A stretch of 64,000 bases of DNA from Lama glama (Eukaryota), in the NCBI GenBank assembly GCA_028534125.1, contig CM052817.1, positions 59,646,001 through 59,710,000 of the forward strand. Direction: 5' to 3'. This document shows, piece by piece, positions 26,501-38,220 of this stretch. A model generated the notes under the pieces. That model had not been told where the DNA came from, ran no database searches, and worked only from the letters and a program-made list of their open reading frames with translations. A program made the position numbers and the translations under genes. The first letter of the stretch is position 1; every line of letters starts with the position of its first letter.

Positions 26501-29500
26501 GTATGAATTAACTCTAAGTAGCCTTAATTAGATTAACAGATAGCCTTCATTAAAAGCCTATATAAAGTATAGCCAGTGAACTTGCTATTTTTCCCTCTGG
26601 AACTTAACATCTAACCTACACATTAAAAAGTGAATTAAATATTATATCATAAAATGCAATTTTCTGAAATAGAAAATATAGTTAACACAAAAAATAAAAA
26701 TGTGCTTAAATTCATATTCCATACAAAAACCATTAATTAGAACACATTGGGTATAGAAATTATTTGAATGGAGGATTTTAAAATAATGAAAATGTTTTGT
26801 TCATAATATACTAGAACAAATTTCCAAGAGGAAAGATAGTATGCATTGTCTATATTTAGCTCTCTCCAGCAATGATATTTATTAAGCCAGGACTGGACAG
26901 CTAATGTTTTCTTCCTAGTTCTCTGATTTGGAGATATTAGAGTGTTCTTTCCATGTTAATGGTTATTTCACAGTTTTTTTCTTGATTGAGCATATAGTGA
27001 CTCATCAGTTTTTAAAATGCCCTTGTGAATAATAGAAACAAGCTATGGGGAGATATATCCATTTTTTCAAAGACTTCATCGTCTGTAACAACCAAATATG
27101 ATCGATGAAATCGAAACAGAACCTTTTAAAAAGTAAAATGATATCCACAACAGCATCAATACAACCAATGTTAAGTCAACACGTACTAAGGGAAAAAAAT
27201 AAAGGAATGATGAAAATTGAGAGGAATTAATCAGTGACGGCTTCTTGAAAGCACTGATTTATGCCAGATTCAGAAGGAAGTGATGAAATTCAAGGCAACC
27301 AAGGGGCTCTATGTAAAATGATGCAGTGAATAAAATGTGAATAAGTTATGGTCTTCACTCTCAAGGCATCCATCGATGATCTAATTTAGAAGTAGTCCTA
27401 TATAACTCTAATATAAAGGCAGAATGTGCTATTTGAAGACAGAAGAAGGATGGATTTATTCCATATGATTCCATATGAAAGTACTGAATGAAATTTCACA
27501 GACAAGATTTGAATTAAGCCTTGAAGTAGCAGAGGAGAGTGGGGAGGATGAATAGATGCCTTCCAAAAAATTAACCTAAGTAAAATATGGCAGCACAACC
27601 TTATCTAGAATGATCAGGATGAATGAAAGAAGCCATTTCACAGAAGTGATATGCAATTACATTTGGAAAAATAACAGCCTAATTCACCCAACTAGAGAGA
27701 AGGGCTCAAGTGAGAGTGTAAGAAGAAAAGATATTTGCCAAATTTGGAGGTAACAGAGGGCTCTGAAAGGTTGAGGAGCTTGACATCCATACATGCCAAG
27801 TATTAACATTCCCAAAGGATTCCAATTATAATTGAAATAATATTAGGACCATTCATACCTGGCCTCCACTAGTCATTTGGTTGTGTTAACAAATGTCCAG
27901 TCTGAAATGAGACCACATTAGGTGTAAGTTAGCCATTAGAAGAAAGGAAGTCACAATCATCAGGATTTTATTTTAAGGAGCATACTTGCAGAAAATCCTT
28001 TCATTCTGTTACTGGGAGGCTGTCATTCAGCACTTAATCAGCTCTTTCCATGGGGGAGCAACCAACTTCCTCATTCTGCCTTATATACACAGGTCTGTAG
28101 TCAAGCTACTCAGTGTAATATTTTGATCAAATATTTCACTGAAGCATGCATTTCTGTTTTACTTATTATATTTTTTATTTCAAGATCTTCTTTACCCTGA
28201 TTGCCTAAAAAATACACTGGAGACAGAAAAAAAATATCACTGCATAAAAGGTAATTAGAACGCCCTCTCCTTTTTATAACTTTATAATTGAAATCTCATT
28301 AAAAGCTTTCTAGGTCTCGTTTCCCTTGGTGACCAGGTGTCCCTAATTTGTTTTTAACCAATGTGACTAATTCCAGGCAAAGACTAGAAAAAGTCTAATA
28401 CCTGTTGGAGGATAGCAATAGCAAGGTTAAATAAGTGGGGTGGCTTTTTTAGGTTGCCTTAATCTCGTTAAAAAAAAAAAAGGCTTCAACGTCTTTTCTC
28501 TTAGAGTCCTGCCTTTTTCTCAGTCCCGGTTGAAGATTCCAAGGGAAATGAGAACACTATTTTGTTTCTCCCTTGTATTGCAGATAGGGGGAGGAGGTGG
28601 TTATTAGAGAGAAGCTCTTCCTCTCTTGGTTTCCCCCTCTCTCCGCCTGACAGCACCGCTCTCTCGCGGGCTCGCTCATTCTCCTAGGTGATCCATTTCT
28701 AGGCAACGTGGGTCTAGTGCTGAAGCTGCCAGGCTCGCTCCTTGCTCGCTTCCTGCATCCCGCCAGGCGAACCGCTCCAAAAGCATCCTGCAGCCCGCGG
28801 CTGCTTCCCTTCGCCACCCGGCCCCGCTGCTCGCGCCCGGCGCAACTCCCCCGCCACCGCGCCCGAGCGAACCAGCTCCCCGGGCCCGCCTGGCCGAACT
28901 CCGCTCCCGCCTCGCGCAGAAAGGGAATTTTCTCTGCATTACTATCTGCATTACCTTGAAGTTCACTTTTACTACCCCTCTTGGAGACGGCTTTTTATCT
29001 CTCCCTGCTGGAATCTGGCTGCTCTGCTTGGAATCTCCTAATCTTTCCTTTCTACTTAGATTTTATTTTGGCAGCGAAGACAAGTGATTCTCTGCGGGCC
29101 GTTAGGGCGGGGGGGAGGGGGGCTTTTTCGGTTGGGGGAGGGGGAGGGGAACATCCGGCGTGAGGGGGGGGGGTGGTCTGTTGGAAGTTGCGGCGGAGCT
29201 GGGACCGGAGACCCGCGGCCCCGGCGCAACGATGGGGATGGTCTGAGCTCCAGCCTCTCCCCCTGCCCGAGAGCAGCGAGGCTGGATACATTTTTAAAAA
29301 GCCAAACTGCAAACAACTCTGGCGATGCCAAATTTCCCCTCCAAGTGACACGGCTTTGCGAAGGAGGTTTCCTCAGGCTAGGCTCTTTCTCTTATTCGCT
29401 CTCCCTTCCTCAGAGACGATTAAAAGCTTTGCTCTGGTAATAGGAATTGGGGGAAAAAAAGAAAAGAGAAAGCTGTGCTAAACTACCGTGACCTCAAACT

Positions 29501-29561
29501 CTTTGGACTTTTTTTTTTTTAATATTGAAAGAAAATTCATCCTACAACAGAATCAGCGTAG

Positions 29562-29960
<399 letters not shown>

Positions 29961-30567
29961 TAAGTGCATGAGGAAAGGAAGTTTAATCCACTCTACCTTC
30001 CATATTCTTTCCCGGATGTACACTGGATCCATTTGAAAAAATACATGTATCTTTGGGGGAACTGAAGAGGTGTCACCTGTGAAGCTAAAAGAACTGGGGT
30101 GGCGGGGGGTGGGGGAGAGCGCCCTTCGGATCGAACAGGTGGTTTTGCAACGTGAGCGGGCTGCGTTCGCCGCAGCGCCGTGCGATGGTGACGGGGAGCT
30201 GGATGCGCCCCCAGCCTCCTTCTCTTCCTGTCCTCTCGGCTTTGCAGTACTCGCGCAGAGTCGCCGCGACGGTGGCGGAAGGGGCTGGCGGCGGTGTAGC
30301 CGAGGACTGGGAGCCGCGCACCTCGCGGCCTCGCAGGCGCTCCCCGGGCCTGGCGCCGCGGCGAGACTCGCCCCTGGGCGCTTGGGAAACGCGGGCGCAA
30401 ATGCGCGCGAGCCGTCCTCGCGGGCTGCCTCGCAGACGCCTGCCTCGCCTCTCCTCGCCGACAGCTCTGAGTTGCAGCGCAGGGCCGAGAGCAAAGGGGC
30501 TCGGGCTTTGAGCGGCCTGACTCCGGGAAGGACGCCGAGCGGCTTGGAGATGCTCTTGGCCCCACCT

Positions 30568-30638
30568 ATTGGCAACCAGACGGGCCGGGACTGGCCGCGG
30601 CGGGGGCGGCGGGGGCGGGGGCGGGGGCCTGCGCGTCA
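30568..30638. promoter_or_regulatory. Intronic CCAAT / GC-box / EGR / half-CRE motif cluster
   Basis: ATTGG at 30568-30572; GCGGGGGCG at 30600, 30609 and 30615; CGTCA at 30634-30638. Confidence 0.5.
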
Positions 30639-30919
30639 TTATCATGCACAGCGCTCGCGGCTTTAGGCTCCAACTCTTCTCACTTGCTAATCCGTGAGAG
30701 CTGAAGGGAGACCGGCTCTTGCAGCCTTTTCTGCGTTAATGCGACGATTTCCTTTTCGGAAATTGGCGTCCGCGGGCCAGCGAGGTTCATTTACTGGGCT
30801 GAAGAGAGGCCCCTCTTAGGGAATTTTATCTGTCGACACGGCTTGATGTTCTGCAAATTGAGGCGACAGATGGGTCGCAGCATCTCCCCTTTCTATCCCC
30901 GTGCTCCTCCCCCGCGCAA

Positions 30920-30920
<1 letters not shown>

Positions 30921-30970
<50 letters not shown>
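30921..30970. repeat. (AC)25 perfect microsatellite
   Basis: Read directly from the sequence. Confidence 0.98.
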
Positions 30971-30975
<5 letters not shown>

Positions 30976-33900
30976 TACTCTCACACTCTCTTCCTTGGGA
31001 ACCTGCTTCAGGTGGAGGTTGTGCCTACCCAAGCGAGGGGCTTCTGTCTGGTGTACTTGCCCACAGCAGCCGGCCCCTTAGCTCCAGGGGGCTCCCTCTT
31101 TGGTCTCAGAGGCTGTCTTTGTAAACATGTCTGCCATTCTCTATCATTTGTATCAATAGAACCAGATATATTTGTGTGTAAGTGGTAATGCGGTCAGGAT
31201 TCAGAAAACCTTACATTTATGCATTAAGTAAATTACGCACTAGGTAACTCGACTGCTAGATCACGTTTTGCCTGGGGGCTAACAGTGCCTGTGGGTTCAG
31301 AACTTTTAAGGGAGAAATTATGGTCTCATTGAGGGGTTCAGTCATGTTCTGGTAGAGTTCAGAAAGAAAGTGTCCTCTTAAAGAAATGATGTACATTCAT
31401 CTCCAGTTGTAAATGACTGGAATAGAAATGCGAATATGTTATCGTCCTTTTACATTCATACATTTACGTTATGATTAGGGGTTTTTAACTTATCCTCCTC
31501 GTCGCTCAGGAGGGAGGCTTGCGAATAAATGCTTCTTTTATTGCTTATTCTGTGGTCTGCACGATAAATACATTATTTGCAAACACCTACAGCTCTTGCT
31601 GTCCCCTACCAGATGAGTACTATTTTGCAATGCTGTCTGGGCATTTGTTTCAAAATAGAACACAACTGTTATATTTTTTCCTTTGCATTCTGTTGTCTGT
31701 CAGTGTGACATGGCTTACTTATTTATAATCAGAACAAAAATAAAGTTACTGTATACAAATTACAGATTTCTTTAGAAAGCTGGCTGTATGCCTTAACTGT
31801 ATATACTACTAACAGAAATAGTTACTTCGAAGCAATTAGCACATTACACAAGAGCACTGGCTTCTTTTATAGACTAATATTGCCATGAAGCTAGCAAATT
31901 GAAGGTTGTTTTAAAAGCTTCATATCTTTTATAATACACTAAAAAATGTTACATCCTAGATTAAAAAAAAAAAATGGCCAAGTCTAATTTGAGTGCACTT
32001 CAGAGGTTAAAAGCCCCTTTAGCTTCCACCCCCATCCCAACCAAAATATAATAACTTAAAAGCTGAATGGCCATGTTAAAATTTTAAAGTACCAGTTAAC
32101 ATTCATTAGATCAGTTTACTTACTTGGTTGAATAGGTAAAGAGAATTAATTATCTTTAGGAGGTGATTACCTTCATTCAAGTATTTAATGTGAGAAATAT
32201 TCTTAAGGCAAATGTATTATTTCAGGACTAAAGGGATGAAAGTGGTGAAACTGGAGGGAAAGTGAGTATTTCAGCTCTATAAATATAAGGAGATATACAG
32301 AAATGAAAGGTTTTCACAGCCTCATGTGATGTGTTCAAGTAGAAAGTAGCTGTAATATGTAGTTCAGGTGAGTTGGAGAGATAAAAAGACACTATTAGGT
32401 CCTTTAAATAGTGAATCTTTTTGGTATTGAACCAAATTATATGTTTGAAAACTCTCTCCATCCTTTTCTTTGTCTTTGTTTTTATTTCATGCAGGTAGTT
32501 TAGTAAAGTCAATTACATATTTTAAACTAATATGTTTTTTGAACGCGTTAGTTCACTGCAGTGATGAGATACAGTGGTTAAACTAATGATTGAAATGGAA
32601 ATGTATTTCAGTCAAAAATGCACTAATACTGTAATCACTTTGAAATTCTGATAAATCATATTTTAAAGATATTTAATAGTTATATATTCTTGTTTAATAC
32701 ACATGCACACACAATACACACACCGTATTTAGAAATGAATCACCTCAGTTGTGATCTCCTTTGCTCCCCCTTCAAAGAAAGGTCTTTGACGTATAGAAAC
32801 TATGCCGTTTTGAAGTATGCTTCTACTCTGAGCCTGTGCATTGATTGAGTAATTTCATCAGACCCACATTACTTGATTGCTTAGAAGTTTCCTAATGATC
32901 TGCATGCTGTAGGAAGAACCAAAAAGTCGTGAATGGAATGGCAATGATACTGTGTTTTATGAGGCTATTCAGAAGTCGCTCTGATTTATGTAGCTAGAAA
33001 GCTCCAAAGTCTTTGAGATTAGCCACGCTGACTGCTATTTTCTTCATACATCAGTCGTCCCACACTTTTTACTCCCTAAACACAACAGGACTTTAGAGCA
33101 CTGCTTTAATTAAGCAGGGATTAGGTGGCATTTCCAGTCAACTGCACAGTTTGTGTTTTGCTTCATATCTAATATGGAGGATCTCATGTTTTAACAGTTT
33201 AATGTATGCTCATTCCTTTATCTGGTTCCTTTGCCCACAGAGCTGATTGAAAAGAGCTATCGTCAGTTATTTATCTCTACAAGGGAGCACTCAAACAGTG
33301 TACTTATCCATATATTGCAGAAATCACTAGCATGTTTTTGTTGTTATCAGTCACAGTAAAATATCTTATACCAACAGGGAATAGAAATGAAGCACTTACT
33401 CATGTTTTTTCATAAGCAAATGATACTTTGTCCTCTGAGATCACAGTCATCAACTATGACATGTTTGAAAAGCCTAAGACAATTCACAGAATATTTTCAT
33501 CATGAGAAGGTTCAAATTAAAGTACAAAATTGGTAGGTGAATACAATGTGTCATCACATTATAAACAATAATAGACGGTATATTTAAAGCATTCCTTTTC
33601 ATTACTGATGAACTGAGGACTGTTTTATCAAATACAGAATGTAAAAGCATTTCCAGAAGATGTGCTGTATCTTCTATGAAATTGTTTCTTTTTTAACTTT
33701 TTACATGATTTACATTGGTTAATGATAGCCTTCAGGAGTCATCAGGGACCCTGTGCTGTTAAAGATATCTCAATGATTTAAGTTATCCTTTCATTATTTA
33801 TAGTAATTGTTTGTTCCCTAACTTATGGATAATATTCAGTGTAAATTTCTAGAAATTATTTAGAAGTAGTTTCTGAATTTAAAATAAGGATATAGTTTAC

Positions 33901-35042
33901 TATTGCATTTTTCTGTAATAATAATGCAGTTATTTGAAGTGTAATTCAGATGTACATTAAATTAGACAATGTTATTAATCAACAGTATCAACTATGACAT
34001 GACTAATAAGCCATTACACTAAGGACCTTTGCTTTCTATTCCAAGTGAATTGTACATCCCATAAATATCTCCTATAAATTTTAGTTCAAATATGAATAAA
34101 GATCAAAGTAATTAACTTTCAACTTATCCAACAGTAGAAACCAGTTGAGGTTTTTAGGAGTAATGGAAGATGTATTATATTTAATTCTAATCTCTAAGGC
34201 TAAACTTATACTGTAATCTTATCTCAAAGGGATATTGTAATTTTAAAACTGAACTTTTAATCCAGAAAGTTGTTTTTTTCCTTCACTTGCATATATTACT
34301 TTAGTATTAAAAAGTAAAGTATTTGGCAGTGCCATTAGATCTTCATGATATTTCAGAGAATAGCATATTGGCAAGTAAAGTATTTAATTTGACTACAAAT
34401 ATAATGTTTATTAGAAAATACATTTGTAGTCTATAAAGATAGCTTTGCCATTAGGTGTCACTGCATTCTGAGCTGTTTCTTTGTAGTCCAACTTGAAAAT
34501 CACATGAAATATATTTTTTTAAATTCCCAGAAAAAAATGCCATTTAGTGAGGTCTGTGATTCTGTAAGATACAGGTGGTTTTCATTTTCAAACCAGAAGA
34601 GGAAGTATTATCTCTCACTCTTATTTCTTGTAAGAATTTAATTTTAGAACATATCATCACTCTCTATTCTCTAGATAGATTACATTGCTAGCTCTAGTGA
34701 GGTAAATTTTTCACAAATTTAAAATACAGTAGAAATATACTCTTAAACTAATACTATCTGTGGAAAAATCTGAGACACCAGATAGAATGTAAGTATGCTT
34801 AATAGTGCTGTTGTAAATAGGCATTAGTGACTGCACATTTGGAGTCCTGAACTAATTGATTTTTCTAACATGAAACACACATACAGAGACCTATGAAAAA
34901 ACCATACTAGGGCACAAATACAGGTATATTTTAAAAAATGTCACCACTGAGTTTTGTGAATAATAATATATGTTTTCAGATAATTTTGGCCTGGAAGATA
35001 ATTAAGTGTTATGTATTATAGCAATCTTCTCTACACACATAT

Positions 35043-35082
35043 TACTACCACCACCACTACCATCAGCAGCAGCAGCACCATC
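35043..35082. repeat. Compound (ACC/ACT)n-(CAG)n trinucleotide tract
   Basis: TACTACCACCACCACTACCATCAGCAGCAGCAGCACCATC. Confidence 0.7.
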
Positions 35083-36754
35083 CAGTTTGTGTAGTAATAT
35101 AAAACCAGTGTCTATTATCATATAGTAATTTTCATTTTTATTTAATTTGTTTAAAAGGCAAAATCTTCCTTTTAGCATATCCTATTATAAGACTAACGGA
35201 GGAGGAAACTTAGGTCAACTTTAACCTGATAAATTGGTTTTAATATTGGCAAAATAACATAATTAAAGAATGGAATACTAGGTTAAATGAATGAACAGTT
35301 TATCATATTATGTTAGGACTTGTCCTGTGCCAATATTCATTAATAAACTAGTTGGAATAATGTACTATTGAAAATTCAGAGTAAAAGTAAGTGATCAGAT
35401 GGATGTCTAAAGGATAATGGGAAAAATAACTAAAGTCATTCTGGAATTGGTTATTAAGAGGACATCTGTGGATTTAGCTCATTTAAATTGGTGAATTTTA
35501 ACATTTGGGTGCAGATACAGATTTCAGATGAATGTGAAAAACATACAGGGGATGTTAAGACATAGTAAAAAATGTTCTCGATTAGAATTTAGAGGGTTTG
35601 GGGCTAAGTACGCATTTGATCAATAACTGTATTGGAAATATTGGAAAGTTATTTATTTTCTTTAGTCCTCATTTTTATCAACCCTAAAACAAGATTTAGA
35701 CTAATGCTCATTTAAGCTCTACCCTTATATGAACTAAAAAGAAGACAAATTTTTATATTTGAGGGATTTGGAGAAGAGATTCAGTATGTTTTGTATAGCT
35801 ATTTTTAATACTTAGGTTTAGAGTGAATTTAAAAAAAACAAAATACAAAGGGAAATAAGTGAAGCATTAAACCTTAATTACACATATGAAGGATCCCTTA
35901 AAATGGAGATATTTTTGGTATGAACAAGAATTATGCATAATATATTTGTTCATCAGGTATCCTAGATAATTTCAGTATCAGATTGATAGAACTGGATTTG
36001 TTTTTTGTTTTAGATTTTGTTTTTGTTTTGTCTAGCTTTAATACTAAGACGTTATATACAGCACTACTGTATACCACAATGATGGTGTACATTTAAGGCT
36101 GACTGGAGGAATGAGTGGTCTTATGTTCTAACCAGCAGGAACTAGAAGAGCTGTTAGAATTTACCAATTTGAAACACGCCAGGAATTTTAGCATACGTTT
36201 GGCATCACTCAAAATATAGTGTGTAGAAGAAATAGCCAGGGTTTCTTCAGTGTTCTTTATAGTTTTGGATTCCTGCTCCAGGTATTTCAGCTTTTAATAC
36301 TACTGTTGTTCACCAAATGGTTATCAAAGTGAATCTGAGACTGGGTTGAACCATTGAACGTTTCCTTGAATGAATAGAGGGGAGCCCAGAGGTTAACGCA
36401 AGAAACTAAGTACAAAGAGTCATCCCTGTGTGCGTTAGAAATTTACAAATTGCTCTGTAGTCAAGTTCCTTATTAACAGATATTTTTACTCATGGAAAAG
36501 ATCAAGTTATTAATTATATTAAAACCACAATTCTTAAACTTTTTTTTCATCCCCAAATAATTCAAAGTAATGTATTTAAAATGAATAATCTTATATCATT
36601 GCTCTGAGTACCTGATTTTTCCCAAGTAATCTTAAAAAGGTGTTTGCTTCATTGTTAAAATCATTACAATTCTAGAAGTTATATTCCTGAAACTACAGAG
36701 TAATATAGGCATTACTGCAACTATACAGTATGTGTGCTCACTGGGAGAATGTTC

Positions 36755-38220
36755 TATCATTCAATAGACATTTATTCTGAACATACTCTTATGAACTTTT
36801 CTTTCCTGGAATTAAAATGTCGAAAAAGTAAGCTATGTTCTTGTATTTAAGTATTTACATTCTTGTCGAGGAGACAACCAGGTAATTGAGATAATACATA
36901 TTATGATGTCAAGTAGTGATAACTGCTTTGAAGAAAAATGAAGGAAAGGTACCCTATTTTGAATAGGATGATCTGGTAACACTTCCCTGAGGAGATGATC
37001 AGTGGAGCAAAGACCTGATTCAAGGAGAGGAAATTAGCCATGTGGATATCTGAAAACAAAAGATTACAGCCAGAGGGCATAGCAAAGGCAATGGCCATGA
37101 AATAAGATACCAAGGAATCTGCTTAGTTAATTTAAGGAACATCTTAAAAGTCAGTGTGGAGCAAATGTGAAGTTCAGTGAGCAAAGCAGGAAGTAGAAAG
37201 AAATAAGGTCTGAGAGGCAACTAGGGAAGATGCTATGGAGACTTACAGGTCATAGGACGGTATTTAGACCTTGTAGGTATATCGGATGCCCACTGGAGGG
37301 TTGAGATCAAACACGTGCTATGTAATACTTTGTATTTTAGAAAGATAATCGTCTCTGCTTGAATAGACTGGTTGGATTAGAAATATAAAGATTAGTTTGA
37401 CAGTAGTGAATTGAACTATTCCAGTAATTGGTAGCTGAGCAAGATGAGTAGTTGTAAGATTGAGAATATCTTTTGAAGATAAAAGAAACAGAATTTCTAA
37501 TGGATTGTTTTTCTGGGAGAAATCCAGAGGAAGTAAGGAGGCTTCCAAGGTTTTCTATCTGAGCAAGTGGGTGATTAAAATTGGGAACATGGGGCAATGA
37601 GCAAGTTTTAGGTAAAAATAAAAATTTGCATTTATTAAATTTGATATTCCTGTAAGACATCATTTGGGGATTTAGGTTGTTGGTTGATTATATGAATCAA
37701 ATTCAGTGGAAGTTAGGAATTTGAGCTGTATGTATGTTTGGAATTCATCAATATAGATATGATTTTTAAAACAATGGGAGGGGATAGCACATTTAAGGAA
37801 TAACTGTACAAAGAGAAGAGGTCGAAGTCTATACCACGGGACATTCCAAAAGGTAGAGGTGGAGGAGAGAGGAAAAGAGAAAGATGTGTGTGGCCTGTGA
37901 ATTAGAAAGAAGTCCAGGAGTGTGTGTGTTTGTGTGTGTGCGTGTGTGTTGTTCTGGAAGCCAAGTATTTCAAGGAGGAAACCCCGTCAAATTTTATGGG
38001 TGACAATTGAGACTTGACTATTGGGTTTGGAAATGTTGAGGACCAAAATGACTGACAAAATTGCTTTCAGGGTACTGAAGTGACAAAGTACTGATTGGTA
38101 AGGATTCAAAACTTTCATGGGACTTAAGAAACTCTATGAGTTTGGCTTTAAGGGAGAACAAGGGTGTGATGGGGTTGGGAATAAGAAGTAAAGTGAGGGG
38201 TTTGTTTTTAAAGGTGGGAG
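36755..38220 (-). mobile_element. LINE-2 3' portion
   Basis: Begins CATTCAATAGACATTTATT (inverted L2 tail). Purine-rich body with AGCCATGTGGATATCTG, CCACTGGAGGGTT and CCAAGGTTTTCTATCTGAGCAA. Confidence 0.8.

Noticed and set aside
28026..28660. REST/RE1-like half sites (TTCAGCAC ~28026, CAGCACC ~28650)
   Set aside because: The GGACAG right half is missing in both.
29509..29550. T12 tract plus ACAG as a splice acceptor for an upstream non-coding exon
   Set aside because: The T tract is separated from the AG by purine-rich sequence containing another AG, and no upstream exon can be supported.
30826..31188. ORFs with THTHTH / CVCVCV repeats
   Set aside because: Translations of the (AC)25 microsatellite.
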